Assembly: GCA_050250895.1 (NCBI GenBank)
Contig: JBFWNU010000003.1
Location: 714,109-778,108, forward strand
Direction of reading: 5' to 3'
DNA length: 64,000 nt
From: Vulcanimicrobiota bacterium
Lineage (GTDB): Bacteria > Vulcanimicrobiota > Xenobia > Xenobiales > JADMJV01
Both the position numbers and the translations under genes were made by a program. The notes below the pieces were generated by a model, which saw only the letters and a program-made list of their open reading frames with translations, did not search any database and was not told the DNA's origin. This document shows positions 47,937 through 58,022 of the stretch, piece by piece; positions within the stretch are counted from its first letter, which is position 1, and the number at the start of each line of letters is the position of its first letter.

Positions 47937-50028
47937 CCACCAGGCGGTGGCCGGCCACGGTGGCCCCGGTCGGGTTGCACACCATGGGGTCGAGTTCGAC
48001 TCTGGCCACGCGGGGATTGGCCACCAGCAGGCCACCCAGCCGTTCGATGGTCTCGAGAGCCGTCAATTCCGGCTCGAAGCCCAGCTGTTCCAGAGTCGAG
48101 GCGAGCGTCGCGCGGCTGGCTGGGCACAGTCGCCAGAGTGTGTCTCGATAGTTGCGAAACGCCATCAAAGGCCCGTATTCCGGGTGGTTGAGCCCGCGCA
48201 CGAAGAGCCGATCGCCGGGTGGTCTGGGTTCGATAAGGAACATGGTTTGGCCGTCGAGGCCTCGCTCGGAAAGCTCGACCAGGATGCGATGCTTTCGCTC
48301 TTCGTTGGTGATCCGCAGAATCTCGCGGCTGGGACGCAACTGAATGATGACAGGATAGCCCTGGTCCTGGGCGTACCAGTCGATATCGCGAAGACTATGC
48401 AGTTCGACCTCTTCCAACAACGGCAAGCCATACTCTTTGAGCACTTTGCGGCAGACCTCGTCGTCGACGGTGAAGCTCTTGCCGCCCGCGGCCGGCGGCG
48501 GTTGCTCGAGGGGGCCCCGCTCTTGACGCTGGCCGAAGGTGCGCGAGCCCAGCATCAAATTTGAGGCTTTGAGACTGCTGCCTTCGAGGCCGAGTTCCAT
48601 CTCGAGCACGCGCGAGGCACGGCGCAAGCCCGGTGGCAGAGCCACCGAGGTCTCCTCCAACTGTTGGGCCCGGTCGTGCAGGGTCGACAGCAGCAGCACC
48701 CCTTCGCCCACCGACTCGGCCGTCAACAAGCCTGATTTCTGACAGTAGTGGCGCAAGTCTGGACAGTTCTCCAGCACCATGACGATGGGTCTTCCGGTAG
48801 CCTGTTGAATTCGCTCAGCGGCCTGGCCCAACTCCACCACATCCAGGTCGACGGCGATGACCAGGCCGGAGTTGACCTGCTGTGAGGTGAGGGCGGCGTC
48901 GACCAGTTCGACGCTGGCGTATTCGCGAAAACTTTCGGTCACGTCGATGGGGTTGTTGAGCGAGCCGTGGTGGGGGACGCAGCGCTCGAGCCGGGTCAAG
49001 GCGGCCGCCTCGAGGCGGGGCAACTCAAGGCCTGCCTGGGTGCAGAAATCGGCAGCCAGGGCACCGGCTCCGCCGGAATTGGTCAAGATTACGGTCGAAC
49101 GGCCGGCGGGCAGACGCTCTCCTACCCGCCAGTGAGCCTCCATGCGACGCACCATTTCCGGCATGTCCCGGGCCACCGTCAAACCCGCCTGGCGCAGCAA
49201 GTCTTCCAGGCGCACATCGGAGCGGGGGGCTCCGGTGTGGGCCGCGCTGGCCTGCATGCCGGCCTCGGTAGTACCCAACCGCATCACGATCAGCGGCTTT
49301 TGACGCGACAGGCGCACGGCCGTGTCGAGCCAACGCCGGCCGCCGGTGCCGCCCCCCTCGAGAATCAGGCCAACCATGCGCGTCAGAGCGTCGTTGGCGA
49401 AGAAATCCAGCCAGTCGGCCGGGGTCAGGTCAGCGCAGTTGCCCAGTCCGATCATGGTCTGCACGGAAATGCCCCGGGTCTCGAGCATTCGCATGGCCAT
49501 CTGAGCCAGTCCGCCGCTCGATGACAGCAAGGCCACCCCGGCTTTCTGGGTGGGACTGGGGCGGCCGCCCGCATCGAAGCTGAGGTTGGCCAGGGTAGCG
49601 TTGAGGCCTGAGTAGGTGCGCATCACCCCCGGCGAGTTGGGCCCCACCATGCGGGCCCCGTTGTTCTTGACCTGGGCGATGAGTTTGGCCTGGGCATATT
49701 GGCCTTCAGGACCGGTTTCGGCAAACCCGCCGCTATAGACCACCAGGTTGCGGATCCCTCGCCCCAGGCAGGCTTTGACCTGATCCGGCACCCGATGAGA
49801 GGGATGGGTGATCAGGGCCAGTTCAGGGACCTCTGTGAGCGCCTCGATCTGCTCGAAGACCTCTAAGCCGTCAATCGGTTGGCCCACCGCGTAGAGATGG
49901 CCACGGTAACCGCCGGTGCGGAGGTTGTGCAACAACCGGTGGGTGGGGTTGGCCCGGTCAGAGGACACTCCGACCACCGCGATCGAGCGCGGCGAGAGCA
50001 TTGGACCGAGTTCATGGGTCGTGGCCAT
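47926..50028 (-). CDS. Acyl-CoA synthetase (NDP-forming) / acetate-CoA ligase family protein
   Basis: PRSIAVVG, SGGFAE, GPNSPG, AHTGA, TNSGGAG and NNPID motifs; diverged C-terminal ATP-grasp region. Confidence 0.85.
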   Translation of the reverse strand: MATTHELGPMLSPRSIAVVGVSSDRANPTHRLLHNLRTGGYRGHLYAVGQPIDGLEVFEQIEALTEVPELALITHPSHRVPDQVKACLGRGIRNLVVYSGGFAETGPEGQYAQAKLIAQVKNNGARMVGPNSPGVMRTYSGLNATLANLSFDAGGRPSPTQKAGVALLSSSGGLAQMAMRMLETRGISVQTMIGLGNCADLTPADWLDFFANDALTRMVGLILEGGGTGGRRWLDTAVRLSRQKPLIVMRLGTTEAGMQASAAHTGAPRSDVRLEDLLRQAGLTVARDMPEMVRRMEAHWRVGERLPAGRSTVILTNSGGAGALAADFCTQAGLELPRLEAAALTRLERCVPHHGSLNNPIDVTESFREYASVELVDAALTSQQVNSGLVIAVDLDVVELGQAAERIQQATGRPIVMVLENCPDLRHYCQKSGLLTAESVGEGVLLLSTLHDRAQQLEETSVALPPGLRRASRVLEMELGLEGSSLKASNLMLGSRTFGQRQERGPLEQPPPAAGGKSFTVDDEVCRKVLKEYGLPLLEEVELHSLRDIDWYAQDQGYPVIIQLRPSREILRITNEERKHRILVELSERGLDGQTMFLIEPRPPGDRLFVRGLNHPEYGPLMAFRNYRDTLWRLCPASRATLASTLEQLGFEPELTALETIERLGGLLVANPRVARVELDPMVCNPTGATVAGHRLVVNR

Positions 50029-50099
50029 CGGCCTCTGGTTCGACTCGCCCCGGGGGGTCCCCTGGGAGGAAGTCGTGGGGTCCGCGGGAAGGGGGAGGC

Positions 50100-51224
50100 G
50101 TGTTTGACGGACTGGTTCCAGACTACATTCAACGCCTTCGGCCCTACAAGGCGGGCAAGCCTATCTACGAGGTCCAGGCCGAGTTCGGCCTCGAGCGAGT
50201 CTATAAACTCGCCTCCAACGAGAATCCCCTGGGGCCGTCCCCCATGGCCATCGAGGCCGCTGCCGCCAGTCTGGCCGAGTGCCATCGTTATCCCGACCCG
50301 CACGCCCTCAAGTTGCGCCGAGCCCTGGCCGAGCGGTTCAACCTCTCCACCGACAATGTGATCGTGGGGGCCGGTTCCGAAGGCATCATGGCTAACATCG
50401 TGCGCGTTTTCCTCCAGGACCACGACGAGGTGTTGACCTCGGACGCCGCCTTTTTGGGATTTCCCATTCTCTGTCGCGCCCGAGGTATCGAGCCGATCCG
50501 GGTGCCGCTCATCCAATACCGATTTCACCTCGATGCCCTGGCCGACCGGATCACCGAGCGCACCAAACTGATCTATCTGTGCAACCCCAACAATCCCACC
50601 GGCACCATTTTCACTACGGCTGAATTCGACCGCTTCATGAAGCGGGTGCCCCACCGCGTGCTGGTCATTCAAGATGAGGCCTACTGCGAGTTTGCCGCCA
50701 GTCAGCCCGAATATCCCGACTCGATGGACTATCGCTACGACAACGTGATCACCTTGCGCACTTTTTCCAAAGCTTATGGTCTGGCCGGTTTTCGGGTCGG
50801 CTATGGCTTTGGCCACGACGCGTTGATCACCAGTCTGTGGAAGGTCAAATTGCCCTTCGAGCCCAGCGCCCCCGCGCAAGCGGCGGCCACCGCCGCCCTG
50901 GAAGACAGCGAATTTCTGGTGCGTGCCCTCGAGACCAACCAGCGTGGCCTGGACTATCTCTATCGCGAACTCCGGCGCCTGCGCCTGGAGTATGTGCCCT
51001 CCTACGCCAACTTCGTGATGGTCGCCCTCGATTCGTCCGCCCAGGTGGACCGTCTGTTCTCGGCCATGCTGGCCCGAGGGGTGATCATCCGTCCTCTCGA
51101 GCAGGCCGGCTTGCCCCACTGTTTCCGGATCACGGCTGGCTTGCCCGAGGAGAACCAGGCCTGTATCGAGGCTCTGGAAGCCGTGCTTACGGCAGGAACG
51201 CTGGCCGTCGATGCGAACGACTGA
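50100..51224 (+). CDS. hisC: Histidinol-phosphate aminotransferase family
   Basis: KLASNENPLGPSP, CNPNNPTG, DEAY and RTFSKAYGLAGFRVGY motifs; GGAGG RBS before GTG 50100. Confidence 0.9.
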   Translation: MFDGLVPDYIQRLRPYKAGKPIYEVQAEFGLERVYKLASNENPLGPSPMAIEAAAASLAECHRYPDPHALKLRRALAERFNLSTDNVIVGAGSEGIMANIVRVFLQDHDEVLTSDAAFLGFPILCRARGIEPIRVPLIQYRFHLDALADRITERTKLIYLCNPNNPTGTIFTTAEFDRFMKRVPHRVLVIQDEAYCEFAASQPEYPDSMDYRYDNVITLRTFSKAYGLAGFRVGYGFGHDALITSLWKVKLPFEPSAPAQAAATAALEDSEFLVRALETNQRGLDYLYRELRRLRLEYVPSYANFVMVALDSSAQVDRLFSAMLARGVIIRPLEQAGLPHCFRITAGLPEENQACIEALEAVLTAGTLAVDAND

Positions 51225-51226
51225 AC

Positions 51227-51856
51227 GTGCTTTTTGACCCGGCCACATCCGACGATTGGCGACCCGCTTACAAATTGCTGACCGGGGCCGTGGTTCCCAG
51301 GGCGATCGCCTTCGTGTCGACAGTCTCGGCCGCAGGGGTACCCAACCTTGCTCCTTTTTCGTTCTTTACGGCTGTCTGCGCCAACCCACCCACGATTCTG
51401 TTTTGCCCCATGCGGGCCGGTGAAGAGGGCAATAAGAAAGATACCTTGCGCAATATTGAAGAGATGGGCGACTTTGTGGTCAATGTTGTCACCGAGAAGC
51501 TAGCCGAAGACATGAACCGATGCGCCACCGATTTTCCCTTTGGGGTCAGCGAGTTTTCCGAGGTTGGGTTGACCCCGGCCGCTTCGAGTGTGGTTCGTTC
51601 GCCTCGGGTCGCCGAATCACCGATTTCCATGGAGTGTAAGCTTCGGCAAGTGATTACCGTGAGTGAAGCCTCGGGTGGAGGCTCGGTTGTGCTCGGAGAG
51701 GTAGTAACCTTCCATGTCGAGGACGACCTGTTCGATGATTTTCGTGTCGACCTGGCTAAGCTCGCCCCTATCGGGCGTCTGGCCGGATCGAGTTACACCC
51801 GCGTGAACGATCTGTTCGAGATGACGCGGGTCCCTTACGCCTCTCTCCCGAAGTAG
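51227..51856 (+). CDS. Flavin reductase-like FMN-binding protein
   Basis: VVPRAIAFVST, NLAPFSFF, KDTLRNI, PRVAESP and GRLAG..Y motifs. Confidence 0.9.
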   Translation: MLFDPATSDDWRPAYKLLTGAVVPRAIAFVSTVSAAGVPNLAPFSFFTAVCANPPTILFCPMRAGEEGNKKDTLRNIEEMGDFVVNVVTEKLAEDMNRCATDFPFGVSEFSEVGLTPAASSVVRSPRVAESPISMECKLRQVITVSEASGGGSVVLGEVVTFHVEDDLFDDFRVDLAKLAPIGRLAGSSYTRVNDLFEMTRVPYASLPK

Positions 51857-51862
51857 TAGTAG

Positions 51863-54800
51863 ATGGCTTCCTCCAGTTCCGCTCATACTTTGCCTGGTAG
51901 TGATGTCGATACCGACCGCTACCTGGTTTGCCTTGTCGCTGCGGCCATCGCCGGAGAGGCCACCTTTGTCGAACTCGAGGTCTCCAAGCAGGGCACCGAA
52001 GCCCGCTTTGACGGCAGGTTCTATAAGGCCGAAGACTTCGAGACCATGGCCGGGGCCGACCCTGGCGAAGAGAGGGATCGCTACGGTCTGGCCGTGACTC
52101 TGGGTATCCTCATGGCTCGCGAGCCTCACAAGCTGAGTCTCGAGTCGTGGAACGGTTCATCCGGTGCTCGCATCAAACTCCATGACGGCAGTCTGCGGGT
52201 CGAGAGGCTCACCAAGTGTCCCTGGAAAGGTGGCGACGCCGGCAACCGTTTGCGAGCTCAATTCCAATCTGTCTGGAAACGCGAGTTTTTTGGCAAGACC
52301 AGTGACGAGCCCCTGCCCGAGGGTGACCTGGTGGCCGAACTGTGCGAGCTGGCACCGTGTCGGATCGAACTTAACGGCAAGTCGATCGTCAAGCCGGTCG
52401 ATCCCGGTCTTAGCTTTCTCTGGGTTTTTCTCGCTCCCGAAGAGTCGCATCGCGCTTTGCGTCTAAACCCGGTTTCGCCCGAGGCCAAAATCGAGCATCG
52501 CGTCAAAACCGAAGGCGCCTACTCGGCCGTGCTGGCCCTGGGCGGAGACGACGGCGAACTCGAGGTGGTGGCCAACGGAGTTCGCTTTCCCGTCGAGATC
52601 CCGTTGCTCGCCGACCTGGGCTTCCGCGGCGTCATCGCCTGCACCGAGCTAAACCTTTCAGAGGACCTGACCGAACTCGAGGAGGATGATCTATTCGAGG
52701 CCCTGCTTACCGAGGTCGAAAGCGACGTTTTGGCCCTCACCCCGGTCATCCTCGAGAACTTCGAGAAGGCCGACGACGAGGTCCGTCAGGGTCTGTTATC
52801 GGGGCTCGACACCGTGGTCGAGATGCACCGCTCCTCGTCAGAGTTCCAAGAAGCCCTTCAGCTACTCGAGCGACTCTTGCAAGCTCGCCAAAAGGCCTAC
52901 GGCGAGCACGATCCGGCCGTGGCCGAGACGCTGACCGCCCTGGCCGGCGTCCATGAAGCCCTGGGTCAGTGGGAAGAGTGCTGTCGCTGTTACGAAGCGG
53001 CTGTTCGCATCTGGGACGAAGCAGAGGAGCCCGATTTGCGCAGCCTTGCCGTTTGCCTTAACGGCCTGGCCCAGATCTATTACACAGCCGAAGAGTTCGC
53101 CGCTTGCGAGGAATTGGCCGCCCGGGCTCTCGAGATTCGCCGCCAGATCCATGAGGCAGACGAACTCGAACTCGGCATCAGCTGCGAACTGTTGGGGCGC
53201 GTGTATTCGACCCTTTACAGCTATCCTCACAAACGGTTTCTCGAGGTCGAGAAGCTGTATCAGCAAGCCCTCAAGATCCTCGAGAAGAACTACGGCAGCC
53301 ATCACGCCGACGTGGCCGTGGTGCTCCACGACCTGGGCGAGTATTATCGCGGCCAGAGACGCTTTGAGGAGGCCGAGACGGTCTATCTTCGTTCGCTGGC
53401 GATTCGCGAGAAGCTGCTGGGGGGCAGCGACCCGATGGTGGGAGAGACCCTCGACACGCTGGGGTCGCTTTATGAAGACCAGGGCCAGAGCACCAAAGCC
53501 GGTCGCTACTACCTCAAAGCGCTCCAGATTTGGGACAAGATCCTTGGTCCCGAGCATCCAGAAGTTGCCCAGCGGCTCAACAACCTGGTAGTTCTCTATC
53601 GCGTCTACGGCAAGTATGCCGAAGCCGAACCCCTGTACGAGCGTATTCTCACCATCCGCGAACAGACACTGGGGGCCGACCACCCGGAACTGGTCTCCGA
53701 TCTGGTCAGCATGGCTTTGCTGTTTCAGGTGCAGTCGAAGTATGACGCGGCCGAGAAACAGTTCTTACGAGCCCTGGCCATTCTCGAGAAGGCCCACGGC
53801 AAGGACGCCAAGGTCACCGACCTGGCCTGGATTCACAACTTGTTGGGCGCTCTCTACGACGAGCAATACAACTTCAAGAAGGCCGAGGAACACCTCAACC
53901 GGGCCCTCGACCTGTGGACCTGCGTGCTCGGGCCAAAGCACCCTGATGTGGCTGAGTGTCTGGACTATCTGGTGCGCCATTTTCGCATTCAGCAACGCTA
54001 TAGCGAGGCAGCTCCGCTGGCTCAAAAGGCGCTGGCCGTCAACGAACAGTTTTTTGGCACCAGCCATCCGGTCCTGGCCACCAGCTTGAACACTCTGGGC
54101 GACCTTCTGCGCCTGGGCGGCCAGCCCGACCAGGCTCGACCTCTCTATCGGGCAGCCTGGGAGATTCGCACCCGCAGTTCCAACGCCCCCGACTCGGTAG
54201 AACTCACCCCCAGCCTCGAGCAGATCGGCGACAGCCGCTTCACTTCCTCGCGGGTGGGCGCCGACCAACTTCATCGCGAGGCAGTCGAGCCGTCGCGCGA
54301 ATACTCCCGTTACATGGAGGCCGAACACCTTTATCTGCGGGCTTTGTTCACCCGTGAAGAGGTGCTGGGGCCAGGCCACCCCAACAACGCGCGCACCCTC
54401 GACTGTCTGGCCGACCTCTATCGCACCCATCACAAGTTCGAGGGCGCCGAAAGCCTGCACGAGCGCTCGTTGGAGCTGCGCCGAAAGAGTCTGGGCCGCG
54501 AACATCCGGACACCCTGGTCAGCCTGCGCAATCTGGTCGAGACCTATCTGATGCAGCAGAAGTTCGCCCAGGCCGAACCCCACGCCAAGAAGTGGCTGGA
54601 GGTGGCCCAGTTGACCGTCGGCGAAGAACACCTCGAGACGGCCAACGCCTATTTCGCCCTGGCCCCGATTTACGAGCACAAAGGCGATCCCAAAGTGGAA
54701 GAAGCTTATCGTCGCTCGATGGAGATTCGCCAGAAGCTGCTGGGGGTCGAGAATCCAGACTTTGCCACCAGCCTGGCCGAACTCTTGCGTGTGCGCGGCG

Positions 54801-55000
54801 ATTTCGAGCAGTCGGCGAAGTTGTATAGCTTCGTAGTCACCTCGATGGAGGAGGCGCTGGGGGGGGATTCGATGGAACTGATCCCGGTGCTCGAGAAGTA
54901 TGCCAGCGTGCTCAAGAAGATCGGCAACGAGGAAGAAGCCGTTCCTTACGAGACCCAGGCCATGGTGATGCGAGTCCAGTATGGGCTGGACTTTCACTAG
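51863..55000 (+). CDS. TPR protein (kinesin-light-chain-like repeats) with a degenerate GHKL-like N-terminal domain
   Basis: Many 42-aa repeats (GPEHPEVAQRLNNL..YAEAEPLYERILTIRE). Confidence 0.85.
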   Translation: MASSSSAHTLPGSDVDTDRYLVCLVAAAIAGEATFVELEVSKQGTEARFDGRFYKAEDFETMAGADPGEERDRYGLAVTLGILMAREPHKLSLESWNGSSGARIKLHDGSLRVERLTKCPWKGGDAGNRLRAQFQSVWKREFFGKTSDEPLPEGDLVAELCELAPCRIELNGKSIVKPVDPGLSFLWVFLAPEESHRALRLNPVSPEAKIEHRVKTEGAYSAVLALGGDDGELEVVANGVRFPVEIPLLADLGFRGVIACTELNLSEDLTELEEDDLFEALLTEVESDVLALTPVILENFEKADDEVRQGLLSGLDTVVEMHRSSSEFQEALQLLERLLQARQKAYGEHDPAVAETLTALAGVHEALGQWEECCRCYEAAVRIWDEAEEPDLRSLAVCLNGLAQIYYTAEEFAACEELAARALEIRRQIHEADELELGISCELLGRVYSTLYSYPHKRFLEVEKLYQQALKILEKNYGSHHADVAVVLHDLGEYYRGQRRFEEAETVYLRSLAIREKLLGGSDPMVGETLDTLGSLYEDQGQSTKAGRYYLKALQIWDKILGPEHPEVAQRLNNLVVLYRVYGKYAEAEPLYERILTIREQTLGADHPELVSDLVSMALLFQVQSKYDAAEKQFLRALAILEKAHGKDAKVTDLAWIHNLLGALYDEQYNFKKAEEHLNRALDLWTCVLGPKHPDVAECLDYLVRHFRIQQRYSEAAPLAQKALAVNEQFFGTSHPVLATSLNTLGDLLRLGGQPDQARPLYRAAWEIRTRSSNAPDSVELTPSLEQIGDSRFTSSRVGADQLHREAVEPSREYSRYMEAEHLYLRALFTREEVLGPGHPNNARTLDCLADLYRTHHKFEGAESLHERSLELRRKSLGREHPDTLVSLRNLVETYLMQQKFAQAEPHAKKWLEVAQLTVGEEHLETANAYFALAPIYEHKGDPKVEEAYRRSMEIRQKLLGVENPDFATSLAELLRVRGDFEQSAKLYSFVVTSMEEALGGDSMELIPVLEKYASVLKKIGNEEEAVPYETQAMVMRVQYGLDFH

Positions 55001-55004
55001 GGAC

Positions 55005-55034
55005 TTGACAGAATCGACGCAGGTCGCTACTAAT
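55005..55034 (+). promoter_or_regulatory. Probable sigma-70 promoter of rpmG
   Basis: TTGACA at 55005 followed 17 nt later by TACTAAT; GGAGG RBS before the TTG start. Confidence 0.55.
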
Positions 55035-55062
55035 AGAAAGATTCCGACGGAGGACTAGAGTT

Positions 55063-55245
55063 TTGGCTAAGAAGAAAGAAAATCGCGTCATTATCACGCT
55101 GGAGTGCACCGAAGCCCGCAAGGAAGGCAAGTCGCCCTCTCGCTACGCTACCACCAAGAACCGTCAAAACTGCCCCGAGCGCCTCGAGGTCAAGAAATAC
55201 AACCCTTACCTCAAGCGGCACACCGTGCACAAAGAGATCCGCTAA
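55063..55245 (+). CDS. rpmG: 50S ribosomal protein L33
   Basis: [10 protein letters not shown]...YATTKNR...[10 protein letters not shown]...HTVHKE. Confidence 0.96.
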   Translation: MAKKKENRVIITLECTEARKEGKSPSRYATTKNRQNCPERLEVKKYNPYLKRHTVHKEIR

Positions 55246-55266
55246 GCTCGCGCTCTCCATAGCTAC

Positions 55267-55292
55267 AAAGGACAGCCACGGCTGTCCTTTTT
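55267..55292 (+). terminator. Intrinsic terminator after rpmG
   Basis: AAAGGACAGCC-ac-GGCTGTCCTTT followed by TT. Confidence 0.85.
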
Positions 55293-55349
55293 GCGTTGGG
55301 GAGCGCGGCGCCCGGTTGCCCGGTCGCGCCAGCCGATGTGACCGCGGGG

Positions 55350-57190
55350 AGAGAGCTAGACTTCCGCGCGGAAGTGGGCTGGTCGACTTGGCAGGGTGTG
55401 CTCCCGAGTGGCCGGGCCGGGACAGGCCACCGGGGGTCGCCGCGCGGGTCGGGACAAGCCGCCGGGCGGCGGCCCGGGTTGTGCGCCGTACACCAGGCAA
55501 ATCGAGTTGTGCGGCGCACACTTGCGCCGTACACCGGCTAAATCAGACTGTGCGGCGCACAATCGCCGGGGAAAGCGAGCAAGCGTTCGGCCGGGCCAGA
55601 CCGCCGGCGACTCGCCGGGGGCCTGGCTTTGTCGGCCAGGTCGTGCCGGCCACCGGCCGTGAGGGCTAGACTTCCGTGCGGAAGTGACCTTGGCTGGTGC
55701 AACTCGCCGGGCCTGGCGGGCGGCGGGCCAGCGGGCGGCGGCTCGGGCTGTGCGCCGTACACCAGGCAAATCGAGCTGTGCGGCGCACACTTGCGCCGTA
55801 CACCGGCTAAACCAGACTGTGCGGCGCACAATCGCCGGGGAAAGCGAGCAAGCGTTCGGCCGGGCCAGACCGCCGGCGACTCGCCGGGGGCCTGGCTTTG
55901 TCGGCCAGGTCGTGCCGGCCACCGGCCGTGAGGGCTAGACTTCCGTGCGGAAGTGGCCGCTGGTCGAATCGCCGTGGGCCGCCGGGCTTGTCGGCTCGGT
56001 GGGCCGGCCACCGGCCGCGACGGGCTAGACTTCCGCGCGCAAGTGGCCGCTGGTTGGTGCAACTCGCCGGGCCTAGCGGGCGGTGGGCCAGCGGGTGGCG
56101 GCTCGGGCTGTGCGCCGTACACCAGGCAAATCGAGTTGTGCGGCGCACAATCGTTGGGAAAAGCGAGCCAGCGTTTGGCCGGGCCAGACCGCGGCGACTC
56201 GCCGGGGGCCTGGCTTTGTCGGCCAGGTCGTGCCGGCCACCGGCCGTGAGGGCTAGACTTCCGTGCGGAAGTGGCCGCTGGTTGGTGCAACTCGCCGGGC
56301 CTGGCGGGCAGAGGGCCAACGGGCGCCCCGGGTTGTGCGCCGTACACCAGGCAAATCGAGTTGTGCGGCGCACACTTGCGCCGCACACTGGCTAAATCAG
56401 ACTGTGCGGCGCACAATTCGCTGGGAAAGCGAGCAAGTGTTCGGCTCGGGCGGCGGCCCGGGTTGTGCGGCGTACACCAGGCAAATCGAGCTGTGCGGCG
56501 CACACTTGCGCCGTACACCGGCTAAACCAGACTGTGCGGCGCACAATCGTTGGGAAAAGCGAGCCAGCGTTTGGCCGGGCCAGACCGCGGCGACTCGCCG
56601 GGGGCCTGGCTTTGTCGGCCAGGTCGTGCCGGCCACCGGCCGTGAGGGCTAGACTTCCGGGCGGAAGTGGCCGCTGGTTGGTGCAAGCCGCCGGGCGCCG
56701 GCCCGGGTTGTGCGCCGTACACCAGGCAAATCGAGTTGTGCGGCGCACACTTGCGTCGTACACTGGCTAAATCAGACTGTGCGGCGCACAATTCGCTGGG
56801 AAAGCGAGCAAGTGTTCGGCTCGGGCGGCGGCCCGGTTGTGCGGCGTACACCAGGCAAATCGAGCTGTGCGGCGCACACTTGCGCCGTACACCGGCTAAA
56901 CCAGACTGTGCGGCGCACAATCGTTGGGAAAAGCGAGCCAGCGTTTGGCCGGGTCAGACCGCGGCGACTCGCCGGGGGCCTGGCTTTGTCGGCCAGGTCG
57001 TGCCGGCCACCGGCCGTGAGGGCTAGACTTCCGTGCGGAAGTGACCTTGGCTGGTGCAACTCGCCGGGCCTGGCGGGCGGCGGGCCAGCGGGCGGCGGCC
57101 CGGGTTGTGCGCCGTACACCAGGCAAATCGAGTTGTGCGCCGTACACCGGCTAAATCAGACTGTGCGGCGCACAATCGCCGGGGAAAGCG
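55350..57190. repeat. 1.9-kb non-coding mosaic array of palindromic modules (REP/BIME-like)
   Basis: 8 copies of module A (TGTGCG(C/G)CGTACACCAGGCAAATCGAG(T/C)TGTGCG...) and 7 of module B (GCTAGACTTCCG(T/C/G)GCG(G/C)AAGTG) with conserved linkers. Confidence 0.95.
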
Positions 57191-57255
57191 TAACGCCCGG
57201 CCGCGGGGCGAGGCCGCGGCGGCTCGCGGGGAGAGAACTCGACGCGAAGGAGGCG

Positions 57256-57684
57256 TCAGTCGGTCAGGCCGGCCACATCGTGGCCCAGGCCATGGCGGAT
57301 GAACTGGCCACCGACTTCGGCGATGGGGCCGGCCAGGGCGTTGGCGCCGGCCACTACGCCAGCGGCGGTAATGGCGGCCACGGCGGCGGTGTTCTTGAGC
57401 ACTTTGGCGCTGGTTTCGGGGGCGGCTTCGTGGGCGAACTGGACCACGGCCACGCCAGCCGAGATGGGGGCGGGAACGCCGATCAGGGTCAGGCCGGTGC
57501 CGGTGATGGCGGCTCGCTTGGCCGCCTCGAGTGGTGACATCCGATTCTCGGCAGGAGGCTCGGAGAGAGGACTGGGGGTGAAGCTTTCTTGGGGGTCGGC
57601 CGGGGCGGTCTCGGCCGGCTGGGAACGAGCAGTGAAGGGGCGAGTTACCCCGGCGACCAGGTTATGAAAGGTCTTCTCGATCAC
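57256..57684 (-). CDS. Hypothetical protein with Pro/Ser-rich N-terminus and hydrophobic C-terminal helices
   Basis: GTGA overlap with the upstream gene; 142 aa. Confidence 0.65.
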   Translation of the reverse strand: MIEKTFHNLVAGVTRPFTARSQPAETAPADPQESFTPSPLSEPPAENRMSPLEAAKRAAITGTGLTLIGVPAPISAGVAVVQFAHEAAPETSAKVLKNTAAVAAITAAGVVAGANALAGPIAEVGGQFIRHGLGHDVAGLTD

Positions 57685-57989
57685 TCTTCGTCGTCGTCGT
57701 CAGGAGGGGTCCAGACGAATTTTTCGGGGTCGCCCATCTCGGCGCTGGCCGTCTGAATCTCTTCATCGTCGGTCAGGGCGTCAAGGCTTTGGAGAATCGT
57801 CTTAGACAGGGTCAAGGACTTCTTGCTGCCAAAGACCGACTCCCACTGTTCCCTTTCCAGGCGCAGCACCAGGATGCCTCCGCAAACCACGCAGTGATAC
57901 CGGATGCTGGACGGCGAGAAGCCCGAGAGCTTCATGTCCTTGATCTGGCATTTATGGGGAAACAGTTGCCCCGTTGTGCGAACTTTCAT
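57681..57989 (-). CDS. Small hypothetical protein with HxC...CxxC motif
   Basis: GGAGGGG RBS; HKC..CVVC and acidic tail. Confidence 0.65.
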   Translation of the reverse strand: MKVRTTGQLFPHKCQIKDMKLSGFSPSSIRYHCVVCGGILVLRLEREQWESVFGSKKSLTLSKTILQSLDALTDDEEIQTASAEMGDPEKFVWTPPDDDDEE

Positions 57990-58022
57990 CCCCTCCCATT
58001 CTTGAATCCGACACAGAGACCT

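Noticed and set aside
55350-57190. CRISPR array
   Set aside because: Sequences between palindromes are themselves repeated rather than unique spacers, periods are irregular and long, and there is no cas gene or A/T-rich leader
55030-57537. Many short ORFs on both strands over the array
   Set aside because: Arg/Pro/Ala-rich translations of GC-rich repeats; unit lengths such as 269 and 130 bp are not multiples of three, so no frame is maintained
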